DNA of 39,366 bases from Armatimonadota bacterium (GCA_046292385.1 JBKBRF010000003.1:138855-178220); one strand, 5' to 3'. Counted from the stretch's first letter, positions 27,937 to 38,418 are shown. Numbers and translations are program-made. Notes: generated by a model not told the origin, from the sequence alone.

Positions 27937-30900
27937 ATGCTGTTTCTCAAGTCTGCTGGCCTGCCCGTAATCCGCCGTCACTGGCCCAAGCTGGTGCTGT
28001 CCGGCACCGCTGTATCCGTGGCGGTGGTGGGCGGGCTGCGGGTGCGGTCGGCGATGGAAGGCGTGGTGCCGGAGCTGTTGAAGTCGAAGCTCGAGGCGGC
28101 GCTGGGCCGGCCGGTCACGTTCGGGGAGCTGCACGTCACGCCGCTGGGCGCGTGGGTGGATGACCTGCGCGTGCCGCGGATCGCCGGCGAGAGCCAGGAC
28201 CCGCTCGCCGCAAAGCGCCTCTCGGTTTCCGCCGACTGGTGGCACATGCTCCGCACCCGCGAGGTGCGGATCAACGGCATCGACCTTCACGACGCGAAGG
28301 TGCGGCTGGCGCCGGGTGCCGCGAAGGAGCCGACCGGACCGTGGACCGGCCAGGTGCTGGGACTCTCCCGGGCCGGCGTGGAACGCATCGGTCTCCGCAA
28401 CGCTTCCTTTCACATGCTGTCTTCCCGGGGGAGTACCCCGCAGTGGGCCGCCGAAGGGATCAGCGGCGACCTCCGCGTGCAGCCGGCCTCGTTCCGCTAC
28501 GAGGGCCGCCTGAAGAAGCTCGCCGCGGGGCAGGAGACGCTGACCGACCTGAAGTTCCGGGGCAGCGGCGATGCCGCGGGCGTCCGGATCGCCGGCGCGG
28601 ACGCGCGGTTCCAGGGCGGCCGGGTCTCCGGCAGCGGCACCGTCCGCGCGGCCGACAACGCCTCCGTGCTGGAGCTCCGGGTCGAGCGCCTCCCGCTGAC
28701 CCAGCTGGCCGACGACCTGCAGATTCCGGCCGACTGGGCCGTGAAGGGCACCGTAACCGGGACCGTGACGGTGGACGCCACCGATCAGGCGGTCCGCCGG
28801 GTGCGCGGCACCGTGCAGCTCGACAACGGCTCCGTCGGCCACAACGGCGCGGAGCTGCCGTGGCAGACGGCGGCGGCGCAGGTCGACTGGACCCCCGCGA
28901 AGACCGCTCTCTCGCAGATCAAGATCTCCGGCGGCGGGATCAGTCTCACCGGCGGCGGCGAAGTGCTCACCGCCAAGGGGCAGCCGTTTACCGCCGGACA
29001 GTTCCGCCTGAACGGCTCGCTCACCGCGCAGGACGGCGCCAGCGTGCGCCGCGTCGCGGACCTCCTGGCGTTCCAGCAGGTGCTGGGCGGTCGCTGGGAC
29101 GCCGGCAAGGCGGTGGTGGAGTTCCGGACCCACGGAACGGTGGGGGCGCTGGAGCGCGCCGCGCTCGAAGGCAGCCTGGCGATCGACCGCCTCCAGGTGC
29201 AGCCGCTCGCGGAGCAGGAGGCGGTGGTCGTGAACCGCGTCACCGCGGACGTGAAGCGGGTGCCGGGCAAGATCGAGCTGACCAACGTGCAGGGCCGCAC
29301 CGACGGTCTCCACGTCTCCGCCGACGCGACGATCACCGACGACCGCCCGGGCGCTCCCGGCCGCTTCACCGTGAAAGGGAAGGCGGGGATCGCGGACCTG
29401 AAGTCGCTCCGCGCCGCGGTGCCGCAGTCGACGATGTGGAAGTGGATCCCGGTCGCCTCTCCGGAGGCGGGCGGCGACCTGGAGTTCACCGCGTCCGGCC
29501 TCACCAGCAAGCCGGAGACGGCGCGCAGCGCCGGCAGCTTCAACCTGCGGAAGTTCCGCCTCACGGCGCGCTCTCCGCTGCCGAGCGGCGCCGTCTTCTT
29601 CATCCCGGTGCAGACCGCGCGCGGCCGCTACGACTACGCGAACAGCACGGTCCACTTCAACGACCTGGAGCTGGAGACGCAGACCTTCTCCGCGAAGGGC
29701 CACGCGCACCTGCAGCTCCAGGGCCAGGATCCGACCGTCGCGGCCGAGATCGCCATCACCACGGATGACTGGCGCGGCCTGCCGGCAATGCCGGCCTCGG
29801 CTCTGCCGGAGCTCTCCGGCGGTCACTTCACCGCGACCGTGCGAGTGGCCGGCCCCTACTCCCAGATGTCGAAGGCGCCGGTGAACGGCTCGTTCCAGCT
29901 CACCGACGCGAGCTACCTGCCGGGCCGCGAGGGCGCGACCCCGGTGCCGGTGAAGGAGCTCGCCGCCCGGTTCCGCTGGGCCGACCGCGTCCTGGAGCTG
30001 CCGAGCCTCACCGTCGAGACCCCGATCCTTTCGGGCGAGTCGCAGGGCCGGATCTATCCGGTCGACGGCAAGTATCGCCTGGCGCTCGATCTGAACGCCC
30101 GCTCGGACGACGCGGGCACGGTGGTGGCGCGCTTCACCGACGATCTGAAGGTGGCGGGCGGCGCGGCGACCGCGGCGCTCCACGTTGACACCCCGGTGGA
30201 GGAGCTGGCGGGCGCAGTGATCACCGACGGCACGCTGACGCTCACCGGCGCGACGGTGCAGCAGGCGATCGAGCCGCTCGCGCTGAAGCAGCTCGAGGCC
30301 CGCAAGCTGGAGCTCGCCTTCGGCCGCCAGGACGGGCAGTGGGCGCTCTCCCGCGCCGAGCTCGACTCGCCGTCGCTGGCGCTCACCGCGGAGGGGCTGA
30401 TCTCTCCGGCGGCGATCGACGCTGACGTGCAGCTCCGCTCCGCCGCCTGGGCGCCGCAGAAAGGCCTGCCGGTCGCCGGCGGCTCCGTGGCGGTGGCGGG
30501 CCGGCTGCGGGGCAATCCGGCCGACGCGAAGACGCTGGAGCTGCAGGGACGTCTCGACCTCGACGGCGCGAAGCTGGCCTACGCGAGCGGCGAGACTGCC
30601 GTCCGGGGAGGCGAGCTGCGGGTGACCGCGAGCGGAGTGGGCCTTATCAGCGACCCGATGGCGTGGGTGCGCGCCGGTGAGGTGACGCTGACCGGCGCCG
30701 CCGCGAAGGTGGCGGGCCGGCCGGAGCTGCCGGTGGAGCGGGCGGTCCTGGCGTTCGGCCGGGAAGGCGACGCCTTCACCTGGAAGGACGCCCGCCTGAC
30801 CGCCGCCGGCGCGGAGCTGCTCACCTCCGGCCGCTGGAGCCCGGAAGCGCACGACGTGACGCTCTCCGTCCACACCGGCTCGCTGGCCGCGTTCGGCGTG

Positions 30901-32655
30901 AAGCTGCCGGAGGGCGTCTCCGCCGGCGACTACCGGATCTCCGCGCGGGTGCAGGGCGCCGGCCGCGAGCTGGTGCGCCAGGCGGAAGGACGCGTGGAGC
31001 TGGCCGGAGCGCGCCTGGCGCTGGCGGGACTGCCGGAGCAGCAGCTTCCGAGCCTCGAGTCCGACTTCAAGTGGGAGAACGACCGGCTCTTCCTGCGGAA
31101 CCTCGCGGGCCGGAGCACGGCGGGCACCCTCACCGGCAGCGGCGAGTGGGGCCGCGCCGGCCATCAGCTCGCGGTGGTGCTGGAAGGCGACGACTTCAAG
31201 CGGATCGGCTACGCGCTGCCGGAAGGCTTCGCGCTCCGCGGCTTCCGCATCGAGGCGAAGGTCAGCGGCACCGCGAAGCAGCCGCTGGCCGGCGGCACCG
31301 CCTCCGTGCGGTTCACCGGCGCGGAGATGCCGTTCGGTCCGGGCGTGGCGCACCGCGTCGACAGCCTCGCCGCGCAGGTGAAGGTGGAGGACGGCCGGCT
31401 CCGGCTGAGCGACATCGTGGCGGAAGGACCGGCCGGCCGCGCGACGGGATCCGGCACCCTCACCCGGGACGGGTTCCGGCTGGCGCTGACGGCGCCGCGG
31501 GTGGACCCGGCGCTGGTGCGCTGGATGCTCCCCGGCACCCTGGCGGGCGGCGAGCTGACCGCGACCGCGGACGTCACCGGCGACTTCCGCGCCGAGATGC
31601 CGATCCGCGCGATCCACGGGCGCTTCACGCTGAAGCAGGCGACCTACACCGTGCCGGAGACGCTCGACCTGGTCGGCGGGCCGGTAGCGGTGCAGAGCGC
31701 CGACGGCCGCTACCGCTGGGAAGACGGTACCGCGACGCTGGAAGAGGTGACGCTGGTGACCGACCTCGGGAAGGCGGTCGGGACCCTGACGAGCGCGGAC
31801 GGTAAGGGCCAGGTGAAGGCCGAAGTGACGACCGCGGACGCGGGCCGCGTGGCGGGCTACTGGCCGGCGCTGGTGGGGCTGCTGAACGGCGGCACCGCCT
31901 CCGGCAAGCTCAACGCGCGCTTTGCGGGAGCGGAGGTGACCGGACGGCTGAAGCTCGACGTGGAGGGCGGCGAGGTGAAGCTGCCGTCCGCGCCGGAAGA
32001 GTTCGCCACCCACCCGGTGGAGACGGCGACCGGCGTGCTCCGCTTCGAGCCGGGTAAGCTGACCTTCGAGAACGTGAAGGTCCGCGGGCCGAAGGGGAAC
32101 CTGGACGGCAGCGGCGTCTGGACCGTGGACGGACCGGTCCAGGGCACCGGGAAGGCGTGGTTCTCCAAGGCCTACACTTCCAAGCTGATGAAGCCGACCG
32201 GAATGGGCTGGCTGGCGAAGCTGATCGGCATCCGGGAGATCAAGAGCAACTTCGAGCTCTCCGGCTCCTCGGACCGGGTGATGCTGGAAGCCGCCATCAC
32301 CCGGAGCTTCATCTGGCGGTTCGCGAAGGGCCGGGTCCCGAAGGAGTTCCAGCAGATCGCCGCCGGTAAGGCGCCGCTCTGGGTGACGCCGCTGGACGAG
32401 AACGGCAAGCCGCTCACCGCGACGGTCCCGGCCCCCGCCGAAAAGCCGGCGGAGAAGCCGGCCGAGAAGCCGGCTCCGGTGAAGGCGAAGAGCGAGCCGG
32501 TCGCGCCCGCCGAGAAGCGCGAAGAGGCCCCGGCCCCCGCGCCGGCGGAAGCGCCTGCGAAGGCCGCGGTGACCGAAGCCGCCGCCCCGCCGCAGGAAGA
32601 CGGCACGCCGGTAGTGGCGAAGTCGGAAGAGGCAGGCGCCGCCCCGCAGCCGTAG
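27937..32655 (+). CDS. AsmA/TamB-like bridge-like lipid transfer protein, 1572 aa
   Basis: N-terminal anchor then L..KLEAALGRPVTFGEL (AsmA_N-like); long Gly-rich amphipathic beta repeats; PAEK low-complexity tail. Confidence 0.7.
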   Translation: MLFLKSAGLPVIRRHWPKLVLSGTAVSVAVVGGLRVRSAMEGVVPELLKSKLEAALGRPVTFGELHVTPLGAWVDDLRVPRIAGESQDPLAAKRLSVSADWWHMLRTREVRINGIDLHDAKVRLAPGAAKEPTGPWTGQVLGLSRAGVERIGLRNASFHMLSSRGSTPQWAAEGISGDLRVQPASFRYEGRLKKLAAGQETLTDLKFRGSGDAAGVRIAGADARFQGGRVSGSGTVRAADNASVLELRVERLPLTQLADDLQIPADWAVKGTVTGTVTVDATDQAVRRVRGTVQLDNGSVGHNGAELPWQTAAAQVDWTPAKTALSQIKISGGGISLTGGGEVLTAKGQPFTAGQFRLNGSLTAQDGASVRRVADLLAFQQVLGGRWDAGKAVVEFRTHGTVGALERAALEGSLAIDRLQVQPLAEQEAVVVNRVTADVKRVPGKIELTNVQGRTDGLHVSADATITDDRPGAPGRFTVKGKAGIADLKSLRAAVPQSTMWKWIPVASPEAGGDLEFTASGLTSKPETARSAGSFNLRKFRLTARSPLPSGAVFFIPVQTARGRYDYANSTVHFNDLELETQTFSAKGHAHLQLQGQDPTVAAEIAITTDDWRGLPAMPASALPELSGGHFTATVRVAGPYSQMSKAPVNGSFQLTDASYLPGREGATPVPVKELAARFRWADRVLELPSLTVETPILSGESQGRIYPVDGKYRLALDLNARSDDAGTVVARFTDDLKVAGGAATAALHVDTPVEELAGAVITDGTLTLTGATVQQAIEPLALKQLEARKLELAFGRQDGQWALSRAELDSPSLALTAEGLISPAAIDADVQLRSAAWAPQKGLPVAGGSVAVAGRLRGNPADAKTLELQGRLDLDGAKLAYASGETAVRGGELRVTASGVGLISDPMAWVRAGEVTLTGAAAKVAGRPELPVERAVLAFGREGDAFTWKDARLTAAGAELLTSGRWSPEAHDVTLSVHTGSLAAFGVKLPEGVSAGDYRISARVQGAGRELVRQAEGRVELAGARLALAGLPEQQLPSLESDFKWENDRLFLRNLAGRSTAGTLTGSGEWGRAGHQLAVVLEGDDFKRIGYALPEGFALRGFRIEAKVSGTAKQPLAGGTASVRFTGAEMPFGPGVAHRVDSLAAQVKVEDGRLRLSDIVAEGPAGRATGSGTLTRDGFRLALTAPRVDPALVRWMLPGTLAGGELTATADVTGDFRAEMPIRAIHGRFTLKQATYTVPETLDLVGGPVAVQSADGRYRWEDGTATLEEVTLVTDLGKAVGTLTSADGKGQVKAEVTTADAGRVAGYWPALVGLLNGGTASGKLNARFAGAEVTGRLKLDVEGGEVKLPSAPEEFATHPVETATGVLRFEPGKLTFENVKVRGPKGNLDGSGVWTVDGPVQGTGKAWFSKAYTSKLMKPTGMGWLAKLIGIREIKSNFELSGSSDRVMLEAAITRSFIWRFAKGRVPKEFQQIAAGKAPLWVTPLDENGKPLTATVPAPAEKPAEKPAEKPAPVKAKSEPVAPAEKREEAPAPAPAEAPAKAAVTEAAAPPQEDGTPVVAKSEEAGAAPQP

Positions 32656-32681
32656 GGCACTGCGGGTGAGGCAGAACGCAA

Positions 32682-32718
32682 GAGAGGCGACCCCCAGCAC
32701 TGACGGGGGTCGCCTCTC
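32682..32718. terminator. Terminator hairpin between the convergent AsmA-like gene and dapA
   Basis: Perfect 14-bp stem GAGAGGCGACCCCC/GGGGGTCGCCTCTC. Confidence 0.7.
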
Positions 32719-32751
32719 CTCGCTTTCTGTGCGATCTCCGCGGTGACTCCG

Positions 32752-33630
32752 CTACAGGATCCCGAGCGCCTCCATCTCCCGGCGCACCGTCGCGATCACT
32801 TGCTCGTCCGCGTCGACCAGCGGCAGTCGCACCGGGCCGGCCGGGATGCCGAGCAGGCTCACGCCGGCCTTGACCGGGATCGGGTTGGTGGTGCAGAAGC
32901 AGGCCTGGAAGAGCGGGAGCAGCCGCTGGTGCCAGCGGGCCGCCTCCGCCACGTTGCCGGCGGCGAAGGCGTCGACCATCTGCCGGATCTGCTTGCCCGC
33001 CAGGTGGCCCGCCACGCTGATGATGCCGTAGGCGCCCATGCTCATCAGCGGCAGGGTGGAGGAGTCGTCGCCGCTGTAGACCCGGAAGCCTTCCGGCGCT
33101 TTGCCCAGGATCTCCGCGATCTGCTCCAGCTTGCCGCTCGCCTCCTTCACCGCCACGATGTTCGGGATCTCCGCCAGGCGGAGGGTGGTCGCCGCTTCCA
33201 TGTTGCGGGGGGCGCGGGACGGCACGTTGTAGAGGATGATCGGCAGCCGGGTCCCCTCCGCGATGGCGCGGAAGTGGCGGTAGAGCCCCTCCTGCGGAGG
33301 GTTGTTGTAGTACGGCACCACCAGCATGGCGCCGTCGACCCCCAGCTTCTCCGCTTCCTGCGTCAGCTCCAGCGACTCCCGGGTGGAGTAGCTGCCGGTG
33401 CCGGCCACCACGCGGGCGCTGTCTCCCACCGCTTCCCGCACGGTGCGGTAGAGATCGAGCTTCTCCTCCACGGTGAGCGTGGGCGATTCGCCGGTGGTGC
33501 CGGTCACCACCAGCGTGTCGGTGCCGTGCTCCACCAGGTAGCGGGCGAGCTGGGCCGACGCCTCGTGGTTGACGGAGCCGTCCGGGTGCATCGGCGTCAC
33601 CATCGCGGTGAGCAGCCTTCCGAATTCCAT
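32752..33630 (-). CDS. dapA: 4-hydroxy-tetrahydrodipicolinate synthase
   Basis: TAMVTP, GTTGESPTL, PYYN, LYNVPSR, AVKEASG, YSGDD, NPIPVK. Confidence 0.96.
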   Translation of the reverse strand: MEFGRLLTAMVTPMHPDGSVNHEASAQLARYLVEHGTDTLVVTGTTGESPTLTVEEKLDLYRTVREAVGDSARVVAGTGSYSTRESLELTQEAEKLGVDGAMLVVPYYNNPPQEGLYRHFRAIAEGTRLPIILYNVPSRAPRNMEAATTLRLAEIPNIVAVKEASGKLEQIAEILGKAPEGFRVYSGDDSSTLPLMSMGAYGIISVAGHLAGKQIRQMVDAFAAGNVAEAARWHQRLLPLFQACFCTTNPIPVKAGVSLLGIPAGPVRLPLVDADEQVIATVRREMEALGIL

Positions 33631-33655
33631 GGTCGTTCTCCTTGTCTCCGGACGG

Positions 33656-34708
33656 CTAGCCGGCGCGGCGGCGCAGGCAGTTGCGGCGGACCAGCTCTTC
33701 CGCGATCTGGACGGCGTTCTGCGCGGCCCCCTTGCGGAGGTTGTCTGCGACCACCCACATCAAGAGCCCGTTCTCCACGAACGGATCCTCGCGGATGCGG
33801 CCGACCAGCGTCTCCGCCGCGCCGGCGGCGTCGAGCGGCGTCGGGTAGCTGCGGGCGTGCGGGTCCTTCTCGGACGGCGCGGGCTCGTCCACCACGCGGA
33901 GGTTGGGGAACGCGGCCAGCGCTTCGCGGGCCTCGTCCGCCGTCACCTTGCGCTCCGTCTCCACGTAGAGGCTCTCCGCGTGACCGATCGTGACCGGCAC
34001 GCGGACCGCCGTGGGGGTGATCCGGATGGTGTCGTCGTGGAGCATCTTGTGCGTCTCCACCACCATCTTCCACTCCTCGTCCTGGTAGCCGTTGTCCCGG
34101 AACCGCCAGCAGCCGGCGAGCACGTTGCCGGCGAGCTGCGTCGGGATGTTCTGGCACGGGGGCAGCGGCTCGCCCTGGGCCACCGCCTTGAGCTGCGCCT
34201 CCAGCTCCCGCATGGCGGGGGCGCCGCCGCCGGAGACCGACTGGTAGGTGCTCACCACGATGCGGCGGACCGGCGAGAGGTCGTGGATCGGCTTCAGCGC
34301 GTGGACCATCTGGATCGTGGAGCAGTTCGGGTTGGCGATGATCCCGCGGTGCCACTCCACGTCTTCCCCGTTCACCTCCGGCACCACCAGCGGCACGTTC
34401 GGGTCCATGCGGAAGTCGCTGCCGTTGTCGATCACCACGGCGCCGCGCTTCACCGCCTCCTCGCCGAACGTCACCGCCGCGCCCTTATCGCCTTCGGTGC
34501 CGGCGAAGAGGGCGATGTCGACGCCGTCGAACGCCTCCGGCGTGGTGGCGCGCACCGGGTAGGTGCGGCCGTCGATCTCCATCTCCCGGTCCGAGCGCGC
34601 GAGGATGCGCAGCTCCTTCAGCGGAAAGCCGCGCTCGTGGAGCACCCGGATCATCTCGACGCCGACTGCCCCGGCGCCGACCACTGCCACTACATAACCT
34701 TCGGACAT
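33656..34708 (-). CDS. asd: Aspartate-semialdehyde dehydrogenase
   Basis: VAVVGAGAVG, IDNGSDFRM, VPEVN, IANPNCST, YQSVSGGG, VRVPV..GH, DNLRKGAA; AGGAG RBS. Confidence 0.95.
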   Translation of the reverse strand: MSEGYVVAVVGAGAVGVEMIRVLHERGFPLKELRILARSDREMEIDGRTYPVRATTPEAFDGVDIALFAGTEGDKGAAVTFGEEAVKRGAVVIDNGSDFRMDPNVPLVVPEVNGEDVEWHRGIIANPNCSTIQMVHALKPIHDLSPVRRIVVSTYQSVSGGGAPAMRELEAQLKAVAQGEPLPPCQNIPTQLAGNVLAGCWRFRDNGYQDEEWKMVVETHKMLHDDTIRITPTAVRVPVTIGHAESLYVETERKVTADEAREALAAFPNLRVVDEPAPSEKDPHARSYPTPLDAAGAAETLVGRIREDPFVENGLLMWVVADNLRKGAAQNAVQIAEELVRRNCLRRRAG

Positions 34709-34897
34709 CACAACTCCTGTCACTTCCAATCGGGTCGTACGTGCAGATCGGAACGGGCGCGCGCGCCCGCCCGGTGGCGTGGTCAATCCTTCACAGCGCG
34801 GTCGCACTGAACGTTGCCGCTCCGCGACCGCGGGGTACCCTCTCGCTCCATCTCGAACACTCCAATGAGACCCCGCGATCGCCGCGGAAGTCCAGAA

Positions 34898-35701
34898 CTA
34901 AAGCTCCAGCAGGTGCTCCAGGCCCTCCACCAGGCCTTCCAGGCCGCGGACCCGCTTGCACGCCAGCAGCACGCCGGGCATGAAGCTGACGCGGTCGGTG
35001 CTGTCGTGGCGAATCGTGAGCGTCTGGCCCAGCCCGCCGAAGATGCACTCCTGGTGCGCCACGTAGCCGGGCAGGCGGACGCTGTGGACGCGCAGCCCCT
35101 GCACGTCCCCGCCGCGCGCGCCTTCCACCTTAAAGACTTCCTTCTCCGGGCGCACCGCCGTCAACCCGCCGCGGCTCTCCAGGATCATGTCGATCGTGCG
35201 CATCGCGGTGCCGCTCGGCGCGTCGAGCTTCTGCTCCCCGTGGAACTCGATGATCTCCACCTCCGGCATGTACTTCGCCGCTTTCTGCGCGAAGAGCATC
35301 ATCAACACCGCGCCGATGGCGAAGTTGGGCGCCAGGAAGGCGCCGGCCCCGCGCTCCCGCGCCCGCCGATCCAGCTCCGCCACCTGCTCCCGCGTCATGC
35401 CGGTGGTGCCGATCACGGGGGAGACCCCCCGCTCCAGCGCCGCGCACGCGTTCCGGTAGGCGCTTTCCGCGCGGGTGAAGTCGACCAGCACCTCCGCGCC
35501 GGACGACGCCAGCGCCGCGTCGAGGTCGCCCCGGATCGCGATTCCCGTCTCGCCGATGCCGGCGGCGGGTCCGCAGTCTTCCCCCACGCGGGCGACGTCG
35601 ATTGCCGCCACCAGCTCGGTGTCACGGTCTTCCCGCACCGCCTTCACGACGCTGCGTCCCATCCGGCCGGCTGCGCCGGCCACTGCTACTCGCACGCTCA
35701 T
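34898..35701 (-). CDS. dapB: 4-hydroxy-tetrahydrodipicolinate reductase
   Basis: GAAGRMG, VDFT, VIGTTG, APNFAIG, EFHGEQKLDAPSGTA. Confidence 0.95.
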   Translation of the reverse strand: MSVRVAVAGAAGRMGRSVVKAVREDRDTELVAAIDVARVGEDCGPAAGIGETGIAIRGDLDAALASSGAEVLVDFTRAESAYRNACAALERGVSPVIGTTGMTREQVAELDRRARERGAGAFLAPNFAIGAVLMMLFAQKAAKYMPEVEIIEFHGEQKLDAPSGTAMRTIDMILESRGGLTAVRPEKEVFKVEGARGGDVQGLRVHSVRLPGYVAHQECIFGGLGQTLTIRHDSTDRVSFMPGVLLACKRVRGLEGLVEGLEHLLEL

Positions 35702-35717
35702 AACGCCATTCTTCCCA

Positions 35718-36980
35718 TCATGCACTCGCAACTTTGCGCCGCCGCTTCCGGAACGGGCCGATGGCGGCGAAGGCGAACTCCCCGCGCTTCCAGAGGCGCT
35801 CCGCCGCGCGGGCGCAGTCGTCCCGCGTCACCGCGTCAACCCGCGCCGCGATCTCCGAGAGCGGGATCACCGTGTCGTGATACATCACGCTGCGACCCAG
35901 CCGGCCCATGCGGCTGCCGACGTCGTCCAGCGACATCAGCGTCGCGGCGCGGACCTGGTTCTTCGCCCGCACCAGCTCCTCGCTGGTGATCCCGTGCTCC
36001 ACCACCTTCAGCAGCTCGTCCCGGGAGAGGTCACGCACCTGCTCCAGCTGCTCCGGCTTGGTATCGGCGTAGACGACGAACATGCCGCCTTCCCGGTAGC
36101 TGACGGTCTCGCAGCCGATGCTGTAGCAGAGCCCGCGCTTCTCCCGGATCTCCTGGAAGAGCCGCGAGCTCATGCTCCCGCCCACGATGAGGCTCAGCAC
36201 CCGGACCGCCCAGCGGTCGAGATCGGTCTCGCTCACTCCCGGGGTGCCCATGCAGAAGTGGGCCTGCTCCGTGGGGCGGCTCAGCCGCGTCTCCTCGTGG
36301 CTCGACGCCGGCGCGGAGAGCTCCCGCGCGGGCGCCTCGCCGGAGAGGTCGCCGAACTGCGTCTCCAGCTCCGCCACCAGCTCGTCGTGATCGATGCGCC
36401 CGGCCGCCGCGCAGATGATGCGCTGGGGTACGTAGTAGCGGGCCAGGTAGCCGCGCAGGTCGTCCCGGGTGAGCGACTTGATCACCTCCGGCGAGCCGAT
36501 GACCGGGCGACCGAGCGGGTGACTGGGCCAGAGCGTGCGGGCGAAGAGGTCGTGGACGTAATCCTCCGGGGAGTCTTCGATGCTCCGGTACTCCTCCAGG
36601 ATGACGCCCTTCTCCAGGGTCAGCTCGTCCTCGTCCAGGAGCGAGCGGCGGAGCATGTCGGCGAGGACGTCGAGCGCCAGCGGCACGTGCTCCGGCAGGA
36701 CCCGCACGCCGAAGCCGGTGTACTCCTTGGTGGTGTACGCGTCGATGTGCCCGCCGACGGCGTCCATCTCCTCCGCGATCTCCCGGGCGGTGCGCCGCTC
36801 GGTGCCCTTGAAGAGCATGTGCTCCAGGACGTGAGAGATCCCGGCCCGGTCTTCGGACTCGTCGCGCGCGCCGGCGTCGACGCGCAGGCCCACCGCCACG
36901 CCGTTGGCGTGGGGCACATATTCGGATACGACCCGGATCCCGTTCTCCAGGCGCGTCTGCCGGACTTCCGTATCGAGCAT
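35718..36980 (-). CDS. M16-family (pitrilysin-like) zinc peptidase
   Basis: L.NG.RV, GISHVLEHMLFKGT (HxxEH), SSRLFQEIREKRGL.Y; typical position upstream of dapB. Confidence 0.93.
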   Translation of the reverse strand: MLDTEVRQTRLENGIRVVSEYVPHANGVAVGLRVDAGARDESEDRAGISHVLEHMLFKGTERRTAREIAEEMDAVGGHIDAYTTKEYTGFGVRVLPEHVPLALDVLADMLRRSLLDEDELTLEKGVILEEYRSIEDSPEDYVHDLFARTLWPSHPLGRPVIGSPEVIKSLTRDDLRGYLARYYVPQRIICAAAGRIDHDELVAELETQFGDLSGEAPARELSAPASSHEETRLSRPTEQAHFCMGTPGVSETDLDRWAVRVLSLIVGGSMSSRLFQEIREKRGLCYSIGCETVSYREGGMFVVYADTKPEQLEQVRDLSRDELLKVVEHGITSEELVRAKNQVRAATLMSLDDVGSRMGRLGRSVMYHDTVIPLSEIAARVDAVTRDDCARAAERLWKRGEFAFAAIGPFRKRRRKVASA

Positions 36981-37175
36981 CGTCTGATTCTGCCCGCCGA
37001 GCCCGGGAGGTCGGAGCAAGCGGGCACAAGCGAGAGCCGCGCTCCCCGGCGCAGGGAGCGCGACTCTCGAATGCGCGGCCACTTGTCCCCCCGGGAGGGG
37101 TCCTTAGTTTTATACCGCCGGGCTTCAGAAAGGGCAGCGAGGTTCTCCCCAGCCCGGCCGCGGGTCAACACCCCC

Positions 37176-38333
37176 TCACGCGGTGTACTCGCACTGCGCC
37201 CGCAGGTAGTGGTGCACCGCGTCGTGGTCCAGCTCCACGCCGAGGCCGGGCGCGTCCGGCAGCGGCAGGGTGCCGTCCCGGTAGGGCCAGTCCCAGGTGA
37301 CGAGGGTGTGCTCCCGGATGAGGGCGCTCTGGAAGTCGGACGGCATCGTGCAGGCGCGCGCCGCGGCGGCGGCGTGCAGGCCGGCGGCCTGGCCCACCCC
37401 CAGCTCCAGGGACGAGCCGCGCCAGCAGGAGTAGCCGGCCACCTCTACCGCGTGGGCGTAGGTGAGGAACTCGGTGGCGACGCCGCTGCAGTTGAACGCG
37501 TCTGCGCAGCCCTCCTGGAGCGCGCGGCGCAGCGACGGCAGCCCGCGGGCGTGCCAGACCAGCGGCACGGAGCAGGTCTGCCGGGCGCGCCGCCAGAACT
37601 CCGGCCGGTCTTCCGGGAACGGGTCTTCTACCCGCACGCCGGCGCCGAACCGCTCCAGCGCCCGCAGCGTGGCGAGCGACTCGCTCGGGCCGTGCCACTG
37701 GTACATCGGGTCGATCGTCACGGAGAACGTCTCGCCGCCGACCTCTCGGATGGCGGCGACCTGCTCCACCACCGGGTCGCCCAGGCGCGACTTCATCTTG
37801 AGACCATGGAAGCCGCGCTCCCGCGCCCGCTCGATGGTGGTCCGGAGGTCGGCCGGCGTCTTGCGGCCGCACCAGTAGTCGACCGGCACCCGCTCCCGGT
37901 AGGCGCCGCCGAGCAGGTCGGCCACCCGGCAGCCGAGCCGCTTTCCGCACCAGTCGAAGAGCAGCATCTCCACCGCGTGGATCAGCGGCGTAGGCGACGA
38001 CCAGAGCGGGGGACGGTGCGCCTCCTGGATGGCGCCGCCCCAGAGCGAGGTCCCGCGCCAGCCCTCCGGCAGGGTGCCGAGATTCAGGCCGCGCAGCTCT
38101 AGCCCGGGAAGCTGCTCCAGCCACGGGTGGAGCTCCTGCAGCGTGTGGCCGCGGCCGACTTCTCCCAGCGCGACGATCCCGTCGTCGATCTCTGCCTCCA
38201 CCAGGCAGATCGGCCAGAGGTCCCACGGGTACTCGAGGAAGTTGCCGTACTCCTCGCTGTTCACGGCGCCGGGGTGGGCCGGGACGACCACTTCGTAGGT
38301 GGTAACGCGGCGGATACGCGGGTAGGCAGGCAT
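37176..38333 (-). CDS. Mandelate racemase/muconate lactonizing enzyme family (enolase superfamily) protein
   Basis: G.VALGE, AVEM.LFD..GK.LG..V..LLGGA.RE.VP, KMK, IDP, VEDP, P.APGLGVELD. Confidence 0.88.
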   Translation of the reverse strand: MPAYPRIRRVTTYEVVVPAHPGAVNSEEYGNFLEYPWDLWPICLVEAEIDDGIVALGEVGRGHTLQELHPWLEQLPGLELRGLNLGTLPEGWRGTSLWGGAIQEAHRPPLWSSPTPLIHAVEMLLFDWCGKRLGCRVADLLGGAYRERVPVDYWCGRKTPADLRTTIERARERGFHGLKMKSRLGDPVVEQVAAIREVGGETFSVTIDPMYQWHGPSESLATLRALERFGAGVRVEDPFPEDRPEFWRRARQTCSVPLVWHARGLPSLRRALQEGCADAFNCSGVATEFLTYAHAVEVAGYSCWRGSSLELGVGQAAGLHAAAAARACTMPSDFQSALIREHTLVTWDWPYRDGTLPLPDAPGLGVELDHDAVHHYLRAQCEYTA

Positions 38334-38418
38334 GTCGGCTCACAGGCAGGGAAGGGGGCGCCGGAGCGGCGCCGCCGTACCGTTAGCGGCGGGCGGCGGC
38401 ATTCCTGCGTCGGTGGCG

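Noticed and set aside
27562..32700. 1712-aa minus-strand ORF and other long antisense ORFs (e.g. 7495-9372, 18689-21634, 35475-38102)
   Set aside because: Shadow frames of GC-rich genes on the opposite strand; Arg/Gly/Ala-rich with no motifs.
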